Below are positions 33,279 to 43,450 of a stretch of DNA of 64,000 nt, piece by piece. Below the pieces are notes generated by a model. That model had not been told where the DNA came from. It was given only the letters and a program-made list of their open reading frames with translations, and searched no databases. The first letter of the stretch is position 1; each line of letters opens with the position of its first letter. The stretch is taken from the NCBI GenBank assembly GCA_000002445.1, contig CP000068.1, positions 96,001 through 160,000 of the forward strand, given 5' to 3'. The position numbers and the translations under genes are program-made. The stretch is from Trypanosoma brucei (lineage: Eukaryota).

Positions 33279-34460
33279 TCACTCCCTCAGGTAACTTGGT
33301 GCCTGTTTCCCATTGGTCTCCCCTGCGGCCACATCTTCTTTTGTTCCCGGCCGCCGCTTCCGCAAGAAAAAAATTGTGACAGCGACAATAATGAGGAAAA
33401 GGGGAACGACGGCGCACACCACGTAAATGGCAATACGTGTGCCGCTGGACAACTCGGAGGTTCCTCCTTCGGAAAGTTTATCATCATCCTCAATAACTCC
33501 GTCCTCTTTTTCCGCATCATAATCCTCACCCACTTGTTCCACTTTAAAGTCCTTACCGGGACCAGCGACGGGTTTCAGCGCGGCATCCACATGTTGCACC
33601 TGATCCTTCACTCGGTCAACGGCATTCTGCACCGCCTGACAGGCATCCACGACAGGTTTCATTGCATCAATCGCTTTTTTGTAATGCTCAATCCATCCGC
33701 TCTCATCAACGGTGCATGCAGTTGATGTGAAGTATCCGTCCATTCGACACGCGGTCTCGGCGTATTCATTACGGTGGGTGGGACTCGAAGGCTTTGGTTT
33801 AACATCATTCCACTTTTCCATGGCAGCTCCCATTCCGAGATGATCCAAACCTTTCGGTTGGCCTCTGCACTCGATTTCATAAATGCCTTCACCCACAGAT
33901 TTTGTAGACACACCCCGGCAGTTGTTGTTTTCGTTGTCACTATGCGCGTTACTGGGTTTTTTGGATATGGTCTGGCAATAACTCCTCAACACTTTTCTAA
34001 TGCCGGTGTCTTCCGATTCTCCCACTGCCTTCCTGGCGGGCTCCTTGACTTTTGATATGCCACTTTGAATAACCCCAAGTTGCTTCTCAACTTCCGTCTT
34101 GGCGCTGCCGACAACCGCTAGCGCCTCGTCAAGTTCTTTCTTTGCTTTTTCTACCGCCGCCAGGTCTTTTGATCCCTTCCCGTCTGACAGTTTCTCAAGT
34201 CCCTCGCGCTCCTTCTTTATTAAATCAGTTGCGTTATCGATGTACGTAATCTTGTGTTTCGTATGATTTACGATATTTTTTTCACCCTCCCCCACTGTAT
34301 TCGCAAGAGTGTACAAACTGCATAATATTTTCGCACTATTCGCATCGAAGTGTCCGTCTGCTGGTTGCTGGTTCTCGGCAGAGGCAAATGATACCAAAGT
34401 GAACCAAAACGGCACCAGGAGTTGAAGCGACATCTTCACACGCATGAAATACATATGCAT
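33279..34460 (-). CDS. ISG-fold (ISG65/ISG64/ISG75-superfamily-like) type-I membrane glycoprotein, 393 aa by the longest ORF. The likely true start is the M of MSLQLLVPFWFTLVSFASA at 34433.
   Basis: Signal peptide; N-glycosylation sequons; motifs AMEKWNDVKPKP and ACTVDESGWIEHY are recognisably homologous to ISG75 ALEIWNQVKPKP and PCTVLENWLWNY; C-terminal TM IAIYVVCAVVPLFLIIVAVTIFFL followed by the basic tail RKRRPGTKEDVAAGETNGKQAPSYLRE. Confidence 0.65.
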   Translation of the reverse strand: MHMYFMRVKMSLQLLVPFWFTLVSFASAENQQPADGHFDANSAKILCSLYTLANTVGEGEKNIVNHTKHKITYIDNATDLIKKEREGLEKLSDGKGSKDLAAVEKAKKELDEALAVVGSAKTEVEKQLGVIQSGISKVKEPARKAVGESEDTGIRKVLRSYCQTISKKPSNAHSDNENNNCRGVSTKSVGEGIYEIECRGQPKGLDHLGMGAAMEKWNDVKPKPSSPTHRNEYAETACRMDGYFTSTACTVDESGWIEHYKKAIDAMKPVVDACQAVQNAVDRVKDQVQHVDAALKPVAGPGKDFKVEQVGEDYDAEKEDGVIEDDDKLSEGGTSELSSGTRIAIYVVCAVVPLFLIIVAVTIFFLRKRRPGTKEDVAAGETNGKQAPSYLRE

Positions 34461-35025
34461 ATATGAATATATGAAAATATGAACTGATATACGAATATAT
34501 TACAAACGAGGAGTGTAAAATCACTTCACTCTTGCCGAATTTTTTTCTTTAAAAAAAAAAAAAAAAAAGAGTGCTCCCCACTGCAGACGCAAGAAGACAA
34601 TATCCGATACTGTAGCTATTGTGTCTATTTTGATTCCTGTGTGTATGCAAAGAAAACAAAAATGGACAGTGGGACAAAATAATTTTCAATCCCAGCAAGT
34701 TGCCTACAGAGAAGTTACGGAGCTAAAGCAAACAGCAGTGCCAATAATGACGATAACAACAATAAATGAATTCAAATAACCGCTGGATAAAAGCGTCGTA
34801 TTCGCTCAATAACACTCTTTACATTACTTCAACATGTTGCTGCGTTTGGACTGGAAGTGCACTGAGGAGGGGGAAAAAAAAAAAGAAAGTAACGCATGCA
34901 ACGACTGCATCTTTTCCTTTTCAGTATTGATAAAGGCGAGGAAACGGGAAGGAGGAAGAGGCGGTGTTCGTGAATCAGCGAAACCGAATTGAATATCAAA
35001 AACAAGAAAAAAAAATGGAGAAACG

Positions 35026-36147
35026 CTAACAATCCTCTTCTTCCTCAGCGACTGCGGAAACGGGAGCGTAAGCACTCTGCACCTTCAAGCTGTTCTTTAT
35101 GCAGCGAAATAGCAAGAAACCGAGAACCAAAAAGAGTAACGAAGCAGTCACCACAATTATGCACGTGACAATGTCCTTCGATATTATTCCGTCTATAGAC
35201 GATTTCAATGACTTCTTCTCATGGTGCTTTCCAGTCGGGGTAGAGGATCGCACCAATTCCTTCAACGCATTCTTGTGCTTTTTCAACTCCTCAGCAGCGT
35301 TATGAACACTTTTTGTTGCCTCCTCCAACTTCTTAAGTTCATGTAGGGAAGAATTATAATCTCCCGTCCATTCCTCCTCAGGCACCGTACACGGACCCTC
35401 TGAAGCATATCCGTGACTTATGCAACTCGCATTCCATTGCTTGCTCGTATGTTTAACAGCTGCAAGCCCCGGTTTTGCACCATCCCAAGCGTTTATTGCA
35501 TTCGACATGGCCTCATATGTGACGTTAGCAGCAGTCACATTATCAGAACCTCCAATACTCTTACAATCAATTTTGAAGGCACCGGCTCCAGCAGCCGCAG
35601 CAATGCCATCGTCGCAGTTATTATTCACATTATGACTCTTCTTACCTTCCTTTGCACCAGTAATTGTTGTATTGCAGTATATCGTCAGTACCTTATTCAT
35701 TCCTTTGCTCTCAGAATCCCCCACTGCCTTTTTTGCGTGTTCCACGGCTTTGCTGGAGGCGTTTGTAATAATTTCATGTTGCTTCTTCACTTCTTCATCA
35801 GCTTTTGCGCTGGCGTTCAACACCGCATCGAGATGCCTCTTTATCGCATCCCCCACCGTTGCGTTCTTTGCTTTTATGGAGTCAACTAACTTACCAACCT
35901 TCTGCCGTGTCCTGTTCAAAGCAGAGGATGTGTTCTGAATAAACTTAATCTTCTGTGCTGTGGTATTTAAAATACCATCCGCAACACTTTGCATGGATCC
36001 CGCAAGGCCATACATGATGCATAATGCCCTAGCTCCTTCTTTATTAAATCTCTTGAGAGCAGGGCGCTGGCCTTTCTCAGCCGCAGCAAATGCAACGGCA
36101 GTAATTACTGATGCCAAAATGTAGGAGTGACGCAATCTTGCGCCCAT
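35026..36147 (-). CDS. ISG-fold type-I membrane glycoprotein, 373 aa. It is a mosaic paralog of 37164-38297.
   Basis: Signal peptide MGARLRHSYILASVITAVAFAAAE; motifs AMSNAINAWDGAKPG and GPCTVPEEEWTGDYNSSLHELKKLEE resemble the ISG family; TM IVTCIIVVTASLLFLVLGFLLF with the acidic tail ...AVAEEEEDC. Many sequons in residues 61-125. Confidence 0.65.
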   Translation of the reverse strand: MGARLRHSYILASVITAVAFAAAEKGQRPALKRFNKEGARALCIMYGLAGSMQSVADGILNTTAQKIKFIQNTSSALNRTRQKVGKLVDSIKAKNATVGDAIKRHLDAVLNASAKADEEVKKQHEIITNASSKAVEHAKKAVGDSESKGMNKVLTIYCNTTITGAKEGKKSHNVNNNCDDGIAAAAGAGAFKIDCKSIGGSDNVTAANVTYEAMSNAINAWDGAKPGLAAVKHTSKQWNASCISHGYASEGPCTVPEEEWTGDYNSSLHELKKLEEATKSVHNAAEELKKHKNALKELVRSSTPTGKHHEKKSLKSSIDGIISKDIVTCIIVVTASLLFLVLGFLLFRCIKNSLKVQSAYAPVSAVAEEEEDC

Positions 36148-37163
36148 ACCTTTACTACTAGTTTCAACGACACACTAAGCCTGAAATGCAATAACCACAA
36201 CACATCCACATTCATTTTTTTTATACGTACAAATACGTACAAATATATAAACAAGGGGAAAACATTGTATAAAACAGTAATTAGGAGTAACAAAGATGCA
36301 ACCTAATGAAAGCAATGCACGAAATCAAACGATGCACCAAATGGCACTGTTGAAACACCGCTTTAATCATAAAGTCACGAACCGTATGTTTTCAGTGCAT
36401 GGTGACATGGTGAGTAGACAGGGGAACACTAAGCCAAATGAAAATTTTATGGATTACCACGACACCAACACTGGTCGCAACGGCCACGAAATGAGGAGAG
36501 GGATGCGGGGGGGAGGGGAAAAAAAAAAAAGAAAAAAGAAAAATTAGCAAAACAAAAGATAAAGGGAAGCAACGAAATGATCGAAGCTGGTTATAAGAAG
36601 GAATCCAAAAGAAATCCAACGAAAGAAAGAAATGAAACAAACCAAAACATCTGGCGTGAGTAACATGTTGTGTGAGCATGTCTGTCAGTTTACCCACTAA
36701 TATACAGTAATAAGAAAGATAACCCTCCAAATCCGCCTCAAGAACAAAATCCCTAAAGAAAGGAACGCCTCAATTCAAGTTGCGAAGACACAAAATTGTG
36801 TGAGTGTATTCACCGCACTGTAAACCCACTCCAACAAAAACAACGTAATTCTAACGAAATGACAACGAGTGGACAAAGCGTATAAAATAGGTATGAAAAT
36901 AACAGCAACTATAATCGTAAAGCATAGCAAGACCAACGCATTACGCATTACGAACCCAAGCACACTAACGACAACCTCGTCAAAACATACACATCCAACC
37001 GCTCCACCGCATCGGAAAGGAGAAAGGAGAAAGTCGGCAGACTCATGCACAGGTGACGGAAAATCTTCCGTTGCAAAGAAAAAAAATGAGAGAGAGCGAA
37101 GTCGAGCAAACGAAACACAAAAATAAACAAAAAAAGAACACAAACATTGTAACGGCACGACGA

Positions 37164-38297
37164 CTATATCATGAGTCGAGACCCTGACCTCTTGGTCCCA
37201 AAAGCGCTACCTCTGTTAAACCCGCGACGATTCATTAGCAAAAGTAATACACTAGTTGCGGGCACTATAGCCACAAAGCAAATGGCAACGGCAACAAGAT
37301 AACCAACAATGTCCGTGCCGCGATCCGAACTGTCGGGTGCCGGGACCAATGGTTCCGTAAGAGAATCATTACGATTTAAGTTGGAGGATCGCATCAGCCG
37401 CTGCACCACATCACCCGTCTGCGTTTTCATACCCTCAGCAGCGTTATGAACACTTTTTGTTGCCTCCTCCAACTTCTTAAGTTCATGTAGGGAAGAATTA
37501 TAATCTCCCGTCCATTCCTCCTCAGGCACCGTACACGGACCCTCTGAAGCATATCCGTGACTTATGCAACTCGCATTCCATTGCTTGCTCGTATGTTTAA
37601 CAGCTGCAAGCCCCGGTTTTGCACCATCCCAAGCGTTTATTGCATTCGACATGGCCTCATATGTGACGTTAGCAGCAGTCACATTATCAGAACCTCCAAT
37701 ACTCTTACAATCAATTCTGAAGGCACCGGCTCCAGCAGCCGCAGCAATGCCATCGTCGCAGTTATTATTCACATTATGACTCTTCTTACCTTCCTTTGCA
37801 CCAGTAATTGTTGTATTGCAGTATATCGTCAGTACCTTATTCATTCCTTTGCTCTCAGAATCCCCCACTGCCTTTTTTGCGTGTTCCACGGCTTTGCGGG
37901 AAGCGCCAGCAATAATTTCATGTTGCTCCTTTAGCTTTCTTTGGCCCCAGTCGAGAACTTCAAGTGCATCCTCTAGCTCCTTCTTTGCCCTGCTAAACTT
38001 TGCCGCATCTTCTATTGTCTCACCTTCCTCACGCTCCATCTGAACAACCTCCTCATGCCTAGCTTTAATCAGAACGAATGCTTCTTCAATATAAGCGATT
38101 TTATCGTGCATACTCTTTAAAATACCATCCGCAACACTTTGCATGGATCCCGCAAGGCCATACATGATGCATAATGCCCTAGCTCCTTCTTTATTAAATC
38201 TCTTGAGAGCAGGGCGCTGGCCTTTCTCAGCCGCAGCAAATGCAACGGCAGTAATTACTGATGCCAAAATGTAGGAGTGACGCAATCTTGCGCCCAT
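37164..38297 (-). CDS. ISG-fold type-I membrane protein, 377 aa. It is a mosaic paralog of 35026-36147.
   Basis: Identical to the 373 aa paralog over residues 1-60 and about 126-290, and in 150 bp of 5' flank. It has a different charged, sequon-free module at residues 61-125 and an unrelated TM (IVGYLVAVAICFVAIVPATSVLLLL) plus basic tail (MNRRGFNRGSAFGTKRSGSRLMI). Confidence 0.65.
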   Translation of the reverse strand: MGARLRHSYILASVITAVAFAAAEKGQRPALKRFNKEGARALCIMYGLAGSMQSVADGILKSMHDKIAYIEEAFVLIKARHEEVVQMEREEGETIEDAAKFSRAKKELEDALEVLDWGQRKLKEQHEIIAGASRKAVEHAKKAVGDSESKGMNKVLTIYCNTTITGAKEGKKSHNVNNNCDDGIAAAAGAGAFRIDCKSIGGSDNVTAANVTYEAMSNAINAWDGAKPGLAAVKHTSKQWNASCISHGYASEGPCTVPEEEWTGDYNSSLHELKKLEEATKSVHNAAEGMKTQTGDVVQRLMRSSNLNRNDSLTEPLVPAPDSSDRGTDIVGYLVAVAICFVAIVPATSVLLLLMNRRGFNRGSAFGTKRSGSRLMI

Positions 38298-38432
38298 ACC
38301 TTTACTACTAGTTTCAACGACACACTAAGCCTGAAATGCAATAACCACAACACATCCACATTCATTTTTTTTATACGTACAAATACGTACAAATATATAA
38401 ACAAGGGGAAAACATTGTATAAAACAGTAATT

Positions 38433-38650
38433 AGGAGTAACAAAGATGCAACAGGTCACAAGTTGAACAAAACAACACGAGCACTAACATAGACTATGCA
38501 TAAATATATATAGATAAATAAAGATAAATATATTTATGCCGAGTGTATGATGTCACGGTAAATAGAGCATGGCATGAAATAAAACTATTACACCATAATG
38601 CTACTGACCTCATACCACTCACGTAACGCTCAGGAACAAAAAAAAGGGGT
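38433..38650 (-). repeat. direct repeat of about 218 bp, copy L (3' of the trans-sialidase-like gene and 5' of the 377 aa ISG-like gene)
   Basis: Identical or nearly identical to 41491-41708 (AGGAGTAACAAAGATGCAACAGGTCACAAGTTGAACAAAACAACACGAGCACTAACATAGACTATGCATAAATATATATAGATAAATAAAG...CGCTCAGGAACAAAAAAAAGG). Confidence 0.85.
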
Positions 38651-38962
38651 TGGAACAAAAAAAGAAAATTATATGTATCGTGTCTCACATACAACAGAAC
38701 CACCTTAGATCATGTGATAAAGAGAAAAAAAAAATATAACCGTGCTCTCAGAGTGCCGGAAGCAGTCTACTGATGTCATTAACATCAGAAGAAAACCGGT
38801 AGCACCTGATATGTTATAGTTGACATCCTATTTGTAAAAATAAAATCGTTGAAACATACTCGCTTAAATTTACCGTCTTGAGTCTACCATTAAAGTTATT
38901 AAATGAAATTCATGTCTGCTCGTATTATCCTCCTCACGCTGAAATAACATGGATTATAGACC

Positions 38963-41317
38963 TCATTTCCTTACATCCAGTGTGTCATCAGTGATATCCA
39001 CAGTGTATGGGTTATATCCCGCCGGCATCTGTGGTAATCCCGCACCCGGTCGCATGGCAGCGTTTTGGGCTGCCCTCCGCTGCCGCAATACGAAGAACCC
39101 AACCAAACCAAGCACGATAAGTAACGCTGGGACCACTACAGCCGCAATCCATGCCAGGTTGCGACCACCCGATTTACCGCCTTGACCATCCCCATGATCT
39201 CCATTATCCTCATCCTCGTCTTCCAAGACAGCATCAAATGTACTTCTGTGCTTTACTGCAAGTAGCGCCTTCACATCAGCTACGCTTAGCTCATGGCTGT
39301 ACAAAAGCATGTTGAATACGGTAACACTCAGGTCGCCAGTTGCCTCACCCTTTCCGATCACTCGCTCGTTGGCTCCAACATATATCTCGTGTATCTCTGC
39401 CGACTGCGACAACGGCACAATACTGCCCTGACCATCCCCTACACGATTCCCGTCAATGTACGTATGGGCAACGCCGCCTCGCACGGTCAAGACAACCTGG
39501 TAGGTTTTCCCCTCTTCCAGAGCGAGTGTTTTGGCGCCAGCTGTCGTACCACTCAATTGGGTCCACGCCTTTTCGTCGTACCAGATACCCACGTCTGCAA
39601 TTAAGCCGGATTTGTTCCTCACGCCCACTCCAAGAAGTGGAGTGGGGTTCTTTGGTGCCTTATGGACGGCCACGCTCATCACGACTGTCAGCCCGTTGTC
39701 AATCAAATGGTACACTTTATTCTCATTTTTGCCAGATACGGGAAATACAACATGTGCGGCGCGTGTGCCCAAAGTGAAACCGGTGGTGACCCTCTTTACA
39801 GGGCCTTGTAGCGCACCATCCATGCCAAGGTATCCGTCACGCCAATGCGTGCGGTTGGCCACTTCAGACCAAAACCCAACGAGGCCCACCGTTGGGTCAA
39901 ACTTTGGCGCTGACGTGCTCTCCTCGCCCGTAGTGCCATAAAGCGCCATCACACTCCCGTCCACCTTCCTCCACAAACCCACCACTGCCTTCAGTTCATG
40001 CACACGGTCGGTGAGGTCGGTAAAGAAAATGCTTTTCAACTGGCTGAAACCCTCCTCATGCAGGGAGTACAGCCCACTCTCAGTGTGCAGGAGGGCGCTA
40101 AAAGATAACATGGATAAATGACCAGAGGAAATCGCCCCGAGGCAATGCGTCCGCTTGCTATCCGTCACCCAAAGGAGGAGCGGCCTCAATCCCGCATTCC
40201 CTGAATTGAAGAAGGCGCGGTAAGCAAATAGGATCACATCCGACCCATCCACCTTCATGTTCACGAAGTCACCTCGGTCGTCGTCATCGGAGTGATACTG
40301 GAAATTGGACAGTGCGTGCCTTTCACCCTCCGTAGCGTCAGTCCACGTCATCCCCACGTCTACGGATCGATACATCTTGTTTTTCGTCTGGTGTGCAACT
40401 ACAAGCAGCAATTCCTTCTTCCACACAAGCAGGCTGGGCTCCGTGCAATCGTCGATGTCCAGTTTAGCCGGGGTGAAGCTCCATGACTCACTCTCGTGCT
40501 TATAACGCGCAATAACGCATGTCTTAGCCCCACTCTCAGCGGACGCGACGAGAGGGAAAAGTATGGTGTCGCCCACAACAGCACCCTTTCCACCACTCTC
40601 GAAGAATTCCTTCCATGAGTGCTCCAATAGCGGCCTCTTGAACGTATCAGTCAGCGATGAAGGCTTATTCCACTTCACAACCTTGCCATCTTCCGCACCG
40701 CGGCCGCCGATAGTGCCCACGAAAAGCTTCACCTCCAAGTCGAACGCACCCTCTTGAGGTTCTACATCCTTCGCCTTGTTGCTGCTGAGTGAAAGAAGGA
40801 AAATCTTATCCTTCAGTACTATTGCCCTGGGGCCGTATTGAGCGTAGCGATGATCGGCCACCGGCTCATTCACGAAAACATTCTCAGTCTTCCATTTTTT
40901 CTCTGACATCCAACCCGCCGCCTGTGCGCTCTGGTGAGTCTCGCCAAGTGCAATAGTCTTTAGCCACACTCCGGCGTATCCGGCAGTCCACGCGTTATAT
41001 CGTGCTTCAGCGAGGGCAACAACACTCCCACCCACCGCCACGAGTGAATTACCTTCGAATAAACCGTGTTTCACATCATGACTCGAGTCACTGTGCGACA
41101 ACAAACTTTCTCTATTCCACGGTTTGAATAATTCCACCCTCCGCTTCTCAACTCCTGCAGGTTGGGAAGATGAGCCATTACTGCACACGGGGAGCAAAAG
41201 GACTGAAGCAACCAATAGTAGTAATGGTGTGTGCATCCTTTTGTAACTTTTCTCCCGTGTAGGGAAGTCATCTTTCATCCATACTCTCATGCTGGTACCT
41301 GGCTCCTGCAAATGCAC
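38963..41317 (-). CDS. trans-sialidase/sialidase-like protein (784 aa by the longest ORF). The probable start is at 41236, the M of the signal peptide MHTPLLLLVASVLLLPVCS.
   Basis: Asp-box SVDVGMTW (S-x-D-x-G-x-T-W); a beta-propeller-like N-terminal half and a C-terminal lectin-like region (LLYSHELSVADVKALLAVKH) typical of trypanosome trans-sialidases. The C-terminus has a TM helix (IAAVVVPALLIVLGLVGFFVL) followed by a 45 aa cytoplasmic tail, not a short GPI signal. Confidence 0.7.
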   Translation of the reverse strand: MHLQEPGTSMRVWMKDDFPTREKSYKRMHTPLLLLVASVLLLPVCSNGSSSQPAGVEKRRVELFKPWNRESLLSHSDSSHDVKHGLFEGNSLVAVGGSVVALAEARYNAWTAGYAGVWLKTIALGETHQSAQAAGWMSEKKWKTENVFVNEPVADHRYAQYGPRAIVLKDKIFLLSLSSNKAKDVEPQEGAFDLEVKLFVGTIGGRGAEDGKVVKWNKPSSLTDTFKRPLLEHSWKEFFESGGKGAVVGDTILFPLVASAESGAKTCVIARYKHESESWSFTPAKLDIDDCTEPSLLVWKKELLLVVAHQTKNKMYRSVDVGMTWTDATEGERHALSNFQYHSDDDDRGDFVNMKVDGSDVILFAYRAFFNSGNAGLRPLLLWVTDSKRTHCLGAISSGHLSMLSFSALLHTESGLYSLHEEGFSQLKSIFFTDLTDRVHELKAVVGLWRKVDGSVMALYGTTGEESTSAPKFDPTVGLVGFWSEVANRTHWRDGYLGMDGALQGPVKRVTTGFTLGTRAAHVVFPVSGKNENKVYHLIDNGLTVVMSVAVHKAPKNPTPLLGVGVRNKSGLIADVGIWYDEKAWTQLSGTTAGAKTLALEEGKTYQVVLTVRGGVAHTYIDGNRVGDGQGSIVPLSQSAEIHEIYVGANERVIGKGEATGDLSVTVFNMLLYSHELSVADVKALLAVKHRSTFDAVLEDEDEDNGDHGDGQGGKSGGRNLAWIAAVVVPALLIVLGLVGFFVLRQRRAAQNAAMRPGAGLPQMPAGYNPYTVDITDDTLDVRK

Positions 41318-41490
41318 GGGTTATATTCCGATAAAATTCCCCACGTTATCTTTTCACAATAATCGTCACTTGAGTCAGGCCTTCCGTCTATGAGGCGCGT
41401 TAGGCTCTGTATTATTTCACTGTAGGCGATCACTTGCTTTTCTTGTGTGAATGTCTGAATAAAAGTTAATTAAAAGCAAATGAAAATTAT

Positions 41491-41708
41491 AGGAGTAACA
41501 AAGATGCAACAGGTCACAAGTTGAACAAAACAACACGAGCACTAACATAGACTATGCATAAATATATATAGATAAATAAAGATAAATATATTTATGCCGA
41601 GTGTATGATGTCACGGTAAATAGAGCATGGCATGAAATAAAACTATTACACCATAATGCTACTGACCTCATACCACTCACGTAACGCTCAGGAACAAAAA
41701 AAAGGGAG
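41491..41708 (-). repeat. direct repeat of about 218 bp, copy R (5' flank of the trans-sialidase-like gene)
   Basis: See 38433-38650. Its first 25-40 nt also occur upstream of the 373 aa ISG-like gene (36270-36300). Confidence 0.85.
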
Positions 41709-42372
41709 CTGGAATAGAAGAGGTTAAGAAACACGCGTTGCAGTGCTCATCCCAATTCGTGTTAAAGCTACATGGGGGGAAAAAATGATATAATAAATGC
41801 AAACATGAAGAATGTCACTAACACTATTCTTGAGAGCGCTGTTGATTTTACTACTGGAAATCTTCTTCAAGAGTGGCAAGTTGATTTGCATTGATGTTTT
41901 TATACCTCCAATAACAACACCTTAAAGGTAGAACCCCTATTGTTTCCCTCCTTCGCGTCGCAGCAGAGTAACAAAAATGGTTTTGTCCATCAGACATATT
42001 ACGGAAAAAAGTGAAAGCAAATACATTCCATTTTGTTTCTTTTCAAACACAAAAAAAAAACAGATGGAAAAAAAAATACCAATACCAATATGATTCCGGA
42101 CACTTTTGCAAGTTATTGAGGTTGTCAATATCCTCATCTCGCAAAAAATTCAGGCATTCCCAAGTGTTAACCTTATGAGCCGAAATCTTCACATTATTTT
42201 TAAATAAAAAAAAATAAAAATAAAAAAAACAGCACGGACAGGGGCCCCCAACACATGTGTCCCCCACCCCCGGGCCCTCCCAGCCCTCTTTCCTTCAAAT
42301 AGAAACGACAACAAACCTCTTCACACATTCGCCTCCTTCGCAATGCTATGGAACACGAGGGGAAAAAAACAG

Positions 42373-42444
42373 CATCCGTGACAGGATTCGAACCTGCAAC
42401 CCTCTGATCCGTAGTCAGATGCTCTTCCATTGAGCCACACGGAC
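42373..42444 (-). tRNA. tRNA-Arg(ACG): tRNA-Arg, anticodon ACG, 72 nt
   Basis: Manual cloverleaf on the reverse complement: acceptor GTCCGTG/CACGGAT (G1-U72 wobble), D-arm GCTC-AATGGAA-GAGC, anticodon arm TCTGA-CTACGGA-TCAGA (U33, anticodon ACG), 5 nt variable loop, T-arm GCAGG-TTCGAAT-CCTGT, discriminator G. Confidence 0.8.
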
Positions 42445-43450
42445 GTGGCGGCGGGGCGGAAAGCACAATGAGTTGTGAGCGGAAAAAAATTCAAACCCAA
42501 AAAAATTCAAACCCAACAAAAACGGCAGCGAGCTGACAACCGATATGTTCCACACCGCGCCGCAATTCGTGCGAGCCAACCCGGATCCAAGATGATATGC
42601 GATGCTCCTTTTTTACAACGTGTCACACGCAAGTGGAGTAATATGAACAATAATATAAAAAAAGGGAGAGAGGAATGGCAAACACTCAACAGACATGATC
42701 CCACCCCACGTAAATGTGTAAACTTTTTCATTCGCCCCTATTGAAAGGGTCTATTTTGCTAATGGCAATGTTTTTTTTTTTTGCCCTTTCATTTTTAAAG
42801 GGCAGCAAAAGCACATAACCGCCAGCGATGATAGTGCCGGTGCGGAAGTCAGCGTTAAGTTACCGCCGCGCATTTCAAGTCGTATATCTGATCATTGGGC
42901 CCCCTTTGGCCAAAAGGCTACACACACACACACACGCACACCTCCGCGGCGCACCGTGACTGAGAAGGAAACGCCGTCAACTTGATGTGACTATTGCTGA
43001 GTGTTTTTCATGCGCCAAGGTGCGACTCAGTTAAACAAATAAAACTGGGCATGCATGTGTAGCATGATAACCCTACATCACACTTTTACCCCTTTTTTTT
43101 CCAATCCCCAGAAGAGCAACGAAAAGAAATGGTGGAGGGTGCATTCAGGATTTTTTTTTTAGAAAAGCGATGAATCAGTACATAGTCATATCCAACAGAA
43201 AAAGAAAAAGCAAAGAAAGAAAGAAAGAAAGAAAAAGAAAAACACTGTCACAGCATCTGTCATAACGATAGCACCAGCAGAATACTGGTGAAAATATGGA
43301 GAACTTGTGGCGCCCATACGATATTTTCGTCGCTACCCAACGCGGGCATGCACGCACTCTTTCCACATTCCTTTCTGCATTCCCTCTTCCACACCCCCGC
43401 ACCTCACACAGTTTTCAATACTACACCACCACCCACTCCTCACAACTGCC

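Noticed and set aside
32751-33725. 324 aa + strand ORF in the right convergent region
   Set aside because: Its second half is antisense to the well-supported ISG-like gene 33279-34460. Its first half runs through poly-T/poly-G low-complexity sequence. No features of a real protein.
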